From Eledone cirrhosa (Eukaryota), in the NCBI GenBank assembly GCA_964016885.1, contig OZ024744.1, forward strand, positions 29,264,001 to 29,328,000: 64,000 nt of DNA, read 5' to 3'. Under the pieces are notes generated by a model. That model had not been told where the DNA came from and made no database searches. It saw only the letters and a program-made list of their open reading frames with translations. The translations under genes and the position numbers were made by a program. Positions within the stretch are counted from its first letter, which is position 1, and the number at the start of each line of letters is the position of its first letter. Positions 25,215 through 39,000 of the stretch are shown here, one piece after another.

Positions 25215-25908
25215 ACTGACATTATTGATGAGTTTTAACCTGCGTCGGATAGGCTAACCCTAACAGTAACACTAACTCTAACATTATCACTAACCCTAAG
25301 TCTGACCCTAACCCTAACACTAACCCTCACCCTAGCACTAACCCTAACCCAGCCTTATCACTTACCCAAGGTCATATAATTCAGCATTAATGGCTCTCTC
25401 TGTTAAAGGATTTAAAGTTGTCACTAACAATTAGATACATCGATAGGACGTGGCTCCCTCTTGTTACCTATATGTGTGTCTTTCTTATAGTGTGTAATGT
25501 TAATTATCTCTCTGTATGGCTGACTGTAGGAATTTCAAGATATACAAAACACATCCACACTCACACCAAGGGAGAGAATCAATATGTATTATACACAGAA
25601 TTGTGTCCCTTGTAAAATATTATTTCTTAGATTTTTCAATCTTATAAAACTAATAGAGGTAGACGGCGCTGTCTTGGAATATGTGTCGAAGTGTTCTTCT
25701 TCATTTATGTCTTCTTTTAATCGTGTCTTTGTGTGAAACATTCAGCCACGTCAGACACGGTGTCTAGCTGAATCTCCCTGAGAATTACATTTAAGAGTAC
25801 ACATGCTGAATTTCCCTGACTAAAATGAGAGTGATACCTCCCAGGATTGTCGTGCTGTAACGGATATCTTTCAAACAGACATTAAAGAAGAGTTTGCACA
25901 GCGTCAGA

Positions 25909-27040
25909 TACCCTAACCCTAAACCTAACGCTATGCCTAACCCGAATCCTGACGCTAACTCTTACGCTAAATCTACCCTTAATACTAACGCTACCCCTAA
26001 TCTTAATCCTAACCCTGACTCTAAACCTAACCCTAACCCTAAACCTGACCCTAACCCAGACGCTAAACCTAATCCAAACACTATCCCTAACACCTAACCC
26101 CAAACCTTACACTAACCCTAAAACTAACGCTAACCCTAACACTACCCTAAGCCTAACCCTAACCCTAACATTAAAACTAACTCTAAGCCTAACACTATAA
26201 CTCACACTAACCCGAACCCTAACGGTAACCCTAACACTAACCATAACCATAGCCCTAAACCTAACCCTAGTCCTAAACTAACAATAACCCCTAACTCTAA
26301 CCATAACACTAACCCTGAACCCTAACCTTAACCCTAACCCTAGCCCCAAATCTAACCCTAACTCTGACACTAACCCTAAGCCCAAAACTAACACTAATAC
26401 TAACACTAACCCTAGCCCTAACCTTAACACTAAGCATAACCCTAACCCTAGCCCTAAACTTAACCCTAACATTAACCCTAACACGAAGCCTAACCCTAAT
26501 CCAAACAGTAGCAATAAACCTAATCTAAACTCTAACCCTAACACTAGGTCTAACCCTAACTCTAAACCTAAACCTAACCGTAACCCTAGCCCTAACACTA
26601 ACCCTAAACCTAACCATAACCCTAGCCCTGACACTAACCCTAATCCTAACTTCAACCCTAACCCTAACCCTAACTTCAACTCTATCCCTAACCCTAACAC
26701 TAACCATAGCCCTAACACTAACACTAACCCTAAACCTAACTTCAACCCTATCCCTAACTCTAACACTAACCCTGACACTAACCCTGACTCTAAACCTAAC
26801 TTCAACTCTGTCCGTAACCCTACCACTAACCCTAGCCCTAACATGAAGCCTAACCCTAACCTTAACCCTAAACTAACCCTAAAACTAACCCTAAAACTAA
26901 CCCTAGCCCTAACCCTAACCTAACCCTAACCCTAACATACTAAACCTAACATTTAACAATAACATTAACTCTAACCATAACCGTAACATACTAAATTTAA
27001 CACTAGCCCTAATCCTGCCCTATCCCTAACCCTAACCCAG
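25909..27040 (-). repeat. Long degenerate telomere-like tract within the macrosatellite unit (copies at ~29307, 32699, 35458, 38293, 41587, 44288)
   Basis: Hexamer-phased ccctaa, cactaa, acctaa, ctctaa and ccataa variants in a conserved order between units. Confidence 0.92.
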
Positions 27041-30000
27041 TCCTATCACTTACAAAATGTCATATAATTCAGCATCAATGGCTCTCTCTGTTAAAGGATT
27101 TAAAGTTGTCACTAACAATTAGATACATCGATACGACGTGGCTCCCTCTTGTTACCTATATGTGAGTCTTTCTTATAGTGTGTAATGTTAATTATCTGTC
27201 TGTATGGCTGACTGTAGGAATTTCAAGATATACAAAACACATCCACACTCACACCATGGGAGAGAATCAATATGTATTATATACACAATTGTCTCCCGTG
27301 AAATATATTATTTCTTAGATTTTTTTCAAACTTATAAATACTAGCAAAGGTAGACGGCATTGTCTTGGAATATGTGTCAAAGTGTTCTTCTTCATTTATG
27401 TCTTCTTTTGATCGTGCCTTTGTGTGAAACATTCAGCCATTTCAAACACGGTGACTACCTGAATCTCCCTGAGAATTACATTTAAGACTACACATGCTGA
27501 ATTTCCCTGGCTAATTTTATTGAAGATTAAGTGTTATTAGCGGTCAACAATTAAAAAAAAACAAAAAAACTTCCTTTAAATATTTATTTAAAATCTCTTA
27601 ATACAGAAAGTAATGGAGAAAATAATAGAAAATTGTATTCTACGAAAATATAAACCATTTACAGAACTTCAGTATATACATTGTGTTTAACTTTTTTCTT
27701 TGGAGCATATATGAGGAGTTTGTGGGGCTTCGTACTCTGGAACAACCTACATACAACTGACCATGTAAGAAACAGCTCTCTTCTAGCTGGAGAACAACAA
27801 CCTGTAGCATTTGACCTTGGGACTTGTTGATTGTCCTTGCATAACTCACTCTCACTGAATATTGTAATATTTTCAAACGAAAGGGGACATCTGTTATTAT
27901 TAGCGAGATTCCAAGTAAATGATGTCTCATTTTCCACATCCAATGAGGATTTTCACTTCGATAATATGAGACTGTAGTTTAGTCACAACCATACGTACCC
28001 CATTGCACAATATTGGCTGATCGAGTCTTCTGAGAAACATGGCGTCTATAAACTTCTTCAATTCAAGGTTGTGTGGCAGAATACCGGATGTTTCGTTGTT
28101 TTTTAGAAATTCAAAGGGATAATGAACAGCTCCATCCTCATCGACAACTTTGTTGATGGATTTATAGGTTTGGTTACCTCCAGGGACCATTTGTGAAAGA
28201 TTGTTTTGATGACTTCATTGTGATGTTTTAGGGGACAATGATTATTTTTACTCAGTAATTCCTCTTTGAAATGGTGGATTTCGAAATTGGGGACACTTGA
28301 TTAATTAAGCTATCAACGCTTTCCACAATAATACAAAATTGAGGAAGGATCAAAACATCCACCAATATTAAGGGATATTTTTCCTTCACCATGTGTCAAA
28401 ATCATTCAAGCAGACCCTGCAATAATATTGTCTGCTATTGATTCTTACATTGAGTTTGGTGATACGTAGACATAAAGTAGACGACTTTAGACAAGCTAGA
28501 CCTGGATTGGTGCGAGTCTACCTTGATGCCACAGGTAAAGTCTGTCGGAGTCCCCAGATAAAATGAGAGTGATACCTCCCAGGATTGTTGTGCTGTAACG
28601 GATATCTTTCAAACTGACATTATTGATGAGTTTTGACCTGCGTCGGATAGGCTAACCCTAACAGTAACACTAACTCTAACATTATCACTAACCCTAAGTC
28701 TGACCCTAACCCTAACACTAACCCTCACCCTAGCACTAACCCTAACCCAGCCTTATCACTTACCCAAGGTCATATAATTCAGCATTAATGGCTCTCTCTG
28801 TTAAAGGATTTAAAGTTGTCACTAACAATTAGATACATCGATAGGACGTGGCTCCCTCTTGTTACCTATATGTGTGTCTTTCTTATAGTGTGTAATGTTA
28901 ATTATCTCTCTGTATGGCTGACTGTAGGAATTTCAAGATATACAAAACACATCCACACTCACACCAAGGGAGAGAATCAATATGTATTATACACAGAATT
29001 GTGTCCCTTGTAAAATATTATTTCTTAGATTTTTCAATCTTATAAAACTAATAGAGGTAGACGGCGCTGTCTTGGAATATGTGTCGAAGTGTTCTTCTTC
29101 ATTTATGTCTTCTTTTAATCGTGTCTTTGTGTGAAACATTCAGCCATGTCAGACACGGTGTCTAGCTGAATCTCCCTGAGAATTACATTTAAGAGTACAC
29201 ATGCTGAATTTCCCTGACTAAAATGAGAGTGATACCTCCCAGGATTGTCGTGCTGTAACGGATATCTTTCAAACAGACATTAAAGAAGAGTTTGCACAGC
29301 GTCAGATACCCTAACCCTAAACCTAACGCTATGCCTAACCCGAATCCTGACGCTAACTCTTACGCTAAATCTACCCTTAATACTAACGCTACCCCTAATC
29401 TTAATCCTAACCCTGACTCTAAACCTAACCCTAACCCTAAACCTGACCCTAACCCAGACGCTAAACCTAATCCAAACACTATCCCTAACACCTAACCCCA
29501 AAGCTTACACTAACCCTAAAACTAACGCTAACCCTAACACTACCCTAAGCCTAACCCTAACCCTAAGATTAAAACTAACTCTAAGCCTAACACTATAACT
29601 TACACTAACCCGAACCCTAACGGTAACCCTAACACTAACCATAACCATAGCCCTAAACCTAACCCTAGTCCTAAACTAACAATAACCCCTAACTCTAACC
29701 ATAACACTAACCCTGAACCCTAACCTTAACCCTAACCCTAGCCCCAAATCTAACCCTAACTCTGACACTAACCCTAACCCTAAAACTAACACTAATACTA
29801 ACACTAACCCTAGCCCTAACCCTAACACTAAGCATAACCCTAACCCTAGCCCTAAACTTAACCCTAACATTAACCCTAACACTAAGCCTAACCCTAATCC
29901 TAACAGTAGCAATAAACCTAATCCTAACTCTAACCCTAACACTAGGTCTAACCCTAACTCTAAACCTAAACCTAACCGTAACCCTAGCCCTAACACTAAC

Positions 30001-33000
30001 CCTAAACCTAACCATAACCCTAGCCCTGACACTAACCCTAATCCTAACTTCAACCCTAACCCTAACTTCAACTCTATCGTTAACCCTAACACTAACCATA
30101 GCCCTAACACTAACACTAACCCTAAACCTAACTTCAACCCTATCCCTAACTCTAACACTAACCCTGACACTAACCCTGACTCTAAACCTAACTTCAACTA
30201 TGTCCGTAACCCTACCACTAACCCTAGCCCTAACATGAAGCCTAACCCTAACCTTAACCCTAACACTAACCCTAAAACTAACCCTAAAACTAACCCTAGC
30301 CCTTACCCTAACCTAACCCTAACCCTAACATACTAAACCTAACATTTAACAATAACATTAACTCTAACAATAATCCTAACATACTAAACTTAACACTAGC
30401 CCTAATCCTGCCCTATCCCTAACCCTAACCCAGTCCTATCACTTACAAAATGTCATATAATTCAGCATTAATGGCTCTCTCTGTTAAAGGATTTAAAGTT
30501 GTCACTAACAATTAGATACATCGATACGACGTGGCTCCCTCTTGTTACCTATATGTGAGTCTTTCTTATAGTGTGTAATGTTAATTATCTGTCTGTATGG
30601 CTGACTGTAGGAATTTCAAGATATACAAAACACATCCACACTCACACCAAGGGAGAGAATCAATATGTATTATATACACAATTGTCTCCCGTGAAATATA
30701 TTATTTCTTAGATTTTTTCAAACTTATAAATACTAGCAGAGGTAGACGGCATTGTCTTGGAATATGTGTCAAAGTGTTCTTCTTCATTTATGTTTTCTTT
30801 TGATCGTGCCTTTGTGTGAAACATTCAGCCATTTCAATCACGGTGACTAGCCGAATCTCCCTGAGAATTACATTTAAGACTACACATGCTGAATTTCCCT
30901 GGCTAATTTTATTGAAGATTAAGTGTTATTAGCGGTCAACAATTAAAAAAAAACAAAAAAACTTCCTTTAAATATTTATTTAAAATCTCTTAATACAGAA
31001 AGTAATGGAGAAAATAATAGAAAATTGTATTCTACGAAAATATAAACCATTTACAGAACTTCAGTATATACATTGTGTTTAACTTTTTTCTTTGGAGCAT
31101 ATATGAGGAGTTTGTGGGGCTTCGTACTCTGGAACAACCTACATACAACTGACCATGTAAGAAACAGCTCTCTTCTAGCTGGAGAACAACAACCTGTAGC
31201 ATTTGACCTTGGGACTTGTTGATTGTCCTTGCATAACTCACTCTCACTGAATATTGTAATATTTTCAAACGAAAGGGGACATCTGTTATTATTAGCGAGA
31301 TTCCAAGTAAATGATGTCTAATTTTCCACATCCAATGAGGATTTTCACTTCGATAATATGAGACTGTAGTTTAGTCACAACCATACGTGCCCCATTGCAC
31401 AATATTGGCTGATCGAGTCTTCTGAGAAACATGGCGTCTATAAACTTCTTCAATTCAAGGTTATGTGGCAGAATACCGGATGTTTCGTGATTTTTTAGAA
31501 ATTCAAAGGGATAATGAACAGCTCCATCCTCATCGACAACTTTGTTGATGGATTTATAGGTTTGGTTACCCCCAGGGACCATTTGTGAAAGATTGTTTTG
31601 ATGACTTCATTGTGATGTTTTAGGGGACAATGATTATTTTTACTCAGTAATTCCTCTTTGAAATGGTGGATTTCGAAATTGGGGACACTTGATTAATTAA
31701 GCTATCAACGCTTTCCACAATAATACAAAATTGAGGAAGGATCAAAACATCCACCAATATTAAGGGATATTTTTCCTTCACCATGTGTCAAAAGCATTCA
31801 AGCAGACCCTGCAATAATATTGTCTGCTATTGATTCTTACATTGAGTTTGGTGATACGTAGACATAAAGTAGACGACTTTAGACAAGCTAGACCTGGATT
31901 GGTGCGAGTCTACCTTGATGCCACAGGTAAAGTCTGTCGGAGTCCCCAGATAAAATGAGAGTGATACCTCCCAGGATTGTTGTGCTGTAACGGATATCTT
32001 TCAAACTGACATTATTGATGAGTTTTGACCTGCGTCGGATAGGCTAACCCTAACAGTAACACTAACTCTAACATTATCACTAACCCTAAGTCTGACCCTA
32101 ACCCTAACACTAACCCTCACCCTAGCACTAACCCTAACCCAGCCTTATCACTTACCCAAGGTCATATAATTCAGCATTAATGGCACTCTCTGTTAAAGGA
32201 TTTAAAGTTGTCACTAACAATTAGATACATCGATAGGACGTGGCTCCCTCTTGTTACCTATATGTGTGTCTTTCTTATAGTGTGTAATGTTAATTATCTC
32301 TCTGTATGGCTGACTGTAGGAATTTCAAGATATACAAAACACATCCACACTCACACCAAGGGAGAGAATCAATATGTATTATACACAGAATTGTGTCCCT
32401 TGTAAAATATTATTTCTTAGATTTTTCAATCTTATAAAACTAACAGAGGTAGACTGCGCTGTCTTGGAATATGTGTCGAAGTGTTCTTCTACATTTATGT
32501 CTTCTTTTAATCTTGTCTTTGTGTGAAACATTCAGCCATGTCAGACACGGTGTCTAGCTGAATCTCCCTGAGAATTACATTTAAGAGTACACATGCTGAA
32601 TTTCCCTGAATAAAATGAGAGTGATACCTCCCAGGATTGTCGTGCTGTAACGGATATCTTTCAAACAGACATTAAAGAAGAGTTTGCACAGCGTCAGATA
32701 CCCTAACCCTAAACCTAACGCTATGCCTAACCCGAATCCTGACGCTAACTCTTACGCTAAATCTACCCTTAATACTAACGCTACCCCTAATCTTAATCCT
32801 AACCCTGACTCTAAACCTAACCCTAACCCTAAACCTGACCCTAACCCAGACGCTAAACCTAATCCAAACACTATCCCTAACACCTAACCCCAAAGCTTAC
32901 ACTAACCCTAAAACTAACGCTAACCCTAACACTACCCTAAGCCTGACCCTAACCCTAACATTAAAACTAACTCTAAGCCTAACACTATAACTCACACTAA

Positions 33001-36000
33001 CCCGAACCCTAACGGTAACCCTAACACTAACCATAACCATAGCCCTAAACCTAACCCTAGTCCTAAACTAACAATAACCCCTAACTCTAACCATAACACT
33101 AACCCTGAACCCTAACCTTAACCCTAACCCTAGCCCCAAATCTAACCCTAACTCTGACACTAACCCTAACCCTAAAACTAACACTAATACTAACACTAAC
33201 CCTAGCCCTAACCCTAACACTAAGCATAACCCTAACCCTAGCCCTAAACTTAACCCTAACATTAACCCTAACACTAAGCCTAACCCTAATCCTAACAGTA
33301 GCAATAAACCTAATCCTAACTCTAACCCTAACACTAGGTCTAACCCTAACTCTAAACCTAAACCTAACCGTAACCCTAGCCCTGACACTAACCCTAATCC
33401 TAACTTCAACCCTAACCCTAACCCTAACTTCAACTCTATCCCTAACCCTAACACTAACCATAGCCCTAACACTAACCCTAACCCTAAACCTAACTTCAAC
33501 CCTATCCCTAACTCTAACACTAACCCTGACACTAACCCTGACTCTAAACCTAACTTCAACTCTATCCGTAACCCTACCACTAACCCTAGCCCTAACATGA
33601 AGCCTAACCCTAACCTTAACCCTAACACTAACCCTAAAACTAACCCTAAAACTAACCCTAGCCCTAACCCTAACCTAACCCTAACCCTAACATACTAAAC
33701 CTAACATTTAACAATAACATTAACTCTAACCATAACCCTAACATACTAAACTTAACACTAGCCCAAACCCTGCTCTAACCATAACCCTAACATACTAAAC
33801 TTAACACTAGCCCAAACCCTGCCCTATCCCTAACCCTAACCCAGTCCTATCACTTACAAAATGTCATATAATTCAGCATTAATGGCTCTCTCTGTTAAAG
33901 GATTTAAAGTTGTCACTAACAATTAGATACATCGATACGACGTGGCTCCCTCTTGTTACCTATATGTGAGTCTTTCTTATAGTGTGTAATGTTAATTATC
34001 TGTCTGTATGGCTGACTGTAGGAATTTCAAGATATACAGAACACATCCACACTCACACCAAGGGAGAGAATCAATATGTATTATATACACAATTGTCTCC
34101 CGTGAAATATATTATTTCTTAGATTTTTTCAAACTTATAAATACTAGCAGAGGTAGACGGCATTGTCTTGGAATATGTGTCAAAGTGTTCTTCTTCATTT
34201 ATGTCTTCTTTTGATCGTGCCTTTGTGTGAAACATTCAGCCATTTCAAACACGGTGACTAGCTGAATCTCCCTGAGAATTACATTTAAGACTACACATGC
34301 TGAATTTCCCTGGCTAATTTTATTGAAGATTAAATGTTATTAGCGGTCAACAATTAAAAAAAAACAAAAAAACTTCCTTTAAATATTTATTTAAAATCTC
34401 TTAATACAGAAAGTAATGAAGAAAATAATAGAAAATTGTATTCTACGAAAATATAAACCATTTACAGAACTTCAGTATATACATTGTGTTTAACTTTTTT
34501 CTTTGGAGCATATATGAGGAGTTTGTGGGGCTTCGTACTCTGGAACAACCTACATACAACTGACCATGTAAGAAACAGCTCTCTTCTAGCTGGAGAACAA
34601 CAACCTGTAGTATTTGACCTTGGGACTTGTTGATTGTCCTTGCATAACTCACTCTCACTGAATATTGTAATATTTTCAAACGAAAGGGGACATCTGTTAT
34701 TATTAGCCAGATTCCAAGTATATGATGTCTCATTTTCCACATCCAATGAGGATTTTCACTTCGATAATATGAGACTGTAGTTTAGTCACAACCATACGTG
34801 CCCCATTGCACAATATTGGCTGATCGAGTCTTCTGAGAAACATGGCGTCTATAAACTTCTTCAATTCAAGGTTGTGTGGCAGAATACCGGATGTTTCGTG
34901 ATTTTTTTTAGAAATTCAAAGGGATAATGAACAGCTCCATCCTCATCGACAACTTTGTTGATGGATTTATAGGTTTGGTTACCTCCAGGAACCATTTGTG
35001 AGAGATTGTTTTGATGACTTCATTGTGATGTTTTAGGGGACAATGATTGTTTTTACTCAGTAATTCCTCTTTTAAATGGTGGATTTCGAAATTGGGGACA
35101 CTAGATTAATTAAGCTATCAACGCTTTCCACAATAATACAAAATTGAGGAAGGATCAAAACATCCACCAATATTAAGGGATATTTTTCCTTCCCCATGTG
35201 TCAAAAGCATTCAAGCAGACCCTGCAATAATATTGTCTGCTATTGATTCTTACATTGAGTTTGGTGATACGTAGACATAAAGTAGACGAATTTAGACAAG
35301 CTAGACCTGGATTGGTGCGAGTCCACCTTGATGCCACAGGTAAAGTCTGTCGGAAGTCCCCAGATAAAATGAGAGTGATACCTCCCAGGATTGTTGTGCT
35401 GTAACGGATATCTTTCAAACTGACATTATTGATGAGTTTTGACCTGCGTCGGATAGGCTAATGCTAACAGTAACACTAACTCTAACATTATCACTAACCC
35501 TAGCCCTAACCCTAACACTAAGCATAACCCTAACTCTAGCCCTAAACTTAACCCTAACATTAACCCTAACACTAACCCTAACCCTAATCCTAACAGTAAC
35601 CATAAACCTAATCCTAACCATAACCCTAACACTAGGTCTAACCCTAACTTTAAACCTAAACCTAACCGTAACCCTAGCCCTAACACTAACCCTAAACCTA
35701 ACCATAGCCCTAGCCCTGACACTAACCCTAATCCTAACTTCAACCCTAACCCTAACCCTAACTTCAACTCTATCCCTAACCCTAACACTAACCATAGCCC
35801 TAACACTAACCCCAACCCTAAACCTAACTTCAACCCTATCCCTAACTCTAACGATAACACTAACCCTAACACTAACCCTAAAACTAACCCTAGCCCTAAC
35901 CCTAACCTAACCCTAACCCTAACATACTAAACCTAACATTTAACAATAACATTAACTCTAACCATAACCCTAACATACTAAACTTAACACTAGACCAAAC

Positions 36001-39000
36001 CCTGCCCTATCCCTAACCCTAACCCAGTCCTATCAATTACAAAATGTCATATAATTCAGCATTAATGGCTCTCTCTGTTAAAGGATTTAAAGTTGTCACT
36101 AACAATTAGATACATCGATACGACGTGGCTCCCTCTTGTTACCTATATGTGAGTCTTTCTTATAGTGTGTAATGTTAATTATCTGTCTGTATGGCTGACT
36201 GTAGGAATTTCAAGATATACAAAACACATCCACACTCACACCAAGGGAGAGAATCAATATGTATTATATACACAATTGTCTCCTGTGAAATATATCATTT
36301 CTTAGATTTTTTCAAGCTTATAAATACTAGCAGAGGTAGACGGCATTGTCTTGGAATATGTGTCAAAGTGTTCTTCTTCATTTATGTCTTCTTTTGATCG
36401 TGTCTTTGTGTGAAACATTCAGCCATTTCAAACACGGTGACTAGCTGAATCTCCCTGAGATTTACATTTAAGACTACACATGCTGAATTTCCCTGGCTAA
36501 TTTTATTGAAGATTAAGTGTTATTAGCGGTCAACAATTAAAAAAAAACAAAAAAACTTCCTTTAAATATTTATTTAAAATCTCTTAATACAGAAAGTAAT
36601 GGAGAAAATAATAGAAAATTGTATTCTACGAAAATATAATCCATTTACAGAACTTCAGTATATACATTGTGTTTAACTTTTTTCTTTAAAGCATATGTGA
36701 GGAGTTTGTGGGGCTTCGTACTCTGGAACAACCTACATACAACTGACCATGTAAGAAACAGCTCTCTTCTAGCTGGAGAACAACAACCTGTAGTATTTGA
36801 CCTTGGGACTTGTTGATTGTCCTTGCATAACTCACTCTCACTGAATATTGTAATATTTTCAAACGAAAGGGGACATCTGTTATTATTAGCGAGATTCCAA
36901 GTAAATGATGTCTCATTTTCCACATCCAATGAGGATTTTCACTTCGATAATATGAGACTGTAGTTTAGTCACAACCATACGTGCCCCATTGCACAATATT
37001 GGCTGATCGAGTCTTCTGAGAAACATGGCGTCTATAAACTTCTTCAATTCAAGGTTGTGTGGCAGAATACCGGATGTTTCGTGATTTTTTAGAAATTCAA
37101 AGGGATAATGAACAGCTCCATCCTCATCGATAACTTTGTTGATGGATTTATAGGTTTGGTTACCTCCAGGGACCATTTGTGAGAGATTGTTTTGATGACT
37201 TCATTGTGATGTTTTAGGGGACAATGATTATTTTTACTCAGTAATTCCTCTTTGAAATGGTGGATTTCGAAATTGGGGACACTTAATTAATTAAGCTATC
37301 AACGCTTTCCACAATAATACAAAATTGAGGAAGGATCAAAACATCCACCAATATTAAGGGATATTTTTCCTTCACCATGTGTCAAAAGCATTCAAGCAGA
37401 CCCTGCAATAATATTGTCTGCTATTGATTCTTACATTGAGTCTGGTGATACGTAGACATAAAGTAGACGATTTTAGACAAGCTAGACCTGGATTGGTGCG
37501 AGTCTACCTTGATGCCACAGGTAAAGTCTGTCGGAGTCCCCAGATAAAATGAGAGTGATACCTCCCAGGATTGTTGTGCTGTAACGGATATCTTTCAAAC
37601 TGACATTATTGATGAGTTTTGACCTGCGTCGGATAGGCTAACCCTAACAGTAACACTAACTCTAACATCATCTCTAACCCTAAGTCTGACCCTAACCCTA
37701 ACACTAACCCTCACGCTAGCACTAACCCTAACCCAGCCTTATCACTTACCCAAGGTCATATAATTCAGCATTAATGGCTCTCTCTGTTAAAAAATTTAAA
37801 GTTGTCACTAACAATTAGATACATCGATACGACGTGGCTCCCTCTTGTCACCTATATGTGTGTCTTTCTTATAGTGTGTAATGTTAATTATCTCTCTGTA
37901 TGGCTGACTGTAGGAATTTCAAGATATACAAAACACATCCACACTCACACCAAGGGAGAGAATCAATATGTATTATACACAGAATTGTGTCCCTTGTAAA
38001 ATATTATTTCTTAGATTTTTCAATCTTATAAAACTAATAGAGGTAGACGGCGCTGTCTTGGAATATGTGTCGAAGTGTTCTTCTTCATTTATGTCTTCTT
38101 TTAATCGTGTCTTTGTGTAAAACATTCAGCCATGTCAGACACGGTGTCTAGCTGAATCTCCCTGAGAATTACATTTAAGTGTACACATGCTGAATTTCCC
38201 TGACTAAAATGAGAGTGATACCTCCCAGGATTGTCATGCTGTAACGGATATCTTTCAAACAGACATTAAAGAAGAGTTTGCACAGCGTCAGATACCCTAA
38301 CCCTAAACCTAACGCTATGCCTAACCCGAATCCTGACGCTAACTCTTACGCTAAATCTACCCTTAATACTAACGCTACCCCTAATCTTAATCCTAACCCT
38401 GACTCTAAACCTAACCCTAACCCTAAACCTGACCCTAACCCAGACGCTAAACCTAATCCAAACACTATCCCTAACACCTAACCCCAAAGCTTACAATAAC
38501 CCTAAAACTAACGCTAACCCTAACACTACCCTAAGCCTAACCCTAACCCTAACATTAAAACTAACTCTAAGCCTAACACTATAACTCACACTAACCCGAA
38601 CCCTAACGGTAACCCTAACACTAACCATAACCATAGCCCAAACCTAACCCTAGTCCTAAACTAACAATAACCCCTAACTCTAACCATAACACTAACCCTG
38701 AACCCTAACCTTAACCCTAACCCTAGCCCCAAATCTAACCCTAACTCTGACACTAACCCTAACCCTAAAACTAACACTAATACTAACACTAACCCTAGCC
38801 CTAACCCTAACACTAAGCATAACCCTAGCCCTAGCCCTAAACTTAACCCTAACATTAACCCTAACACTAAGCCTAACCTTAATCCTAACAGTAACCATAA
38901 ACCTAATCCCAACCCTAACCCTGACACTAGGTCTAACCCTAACTTTAAACCTAAACCTAACCGTAACCCTAGCCCTAACACTAACCCTAAACCTAACCAT

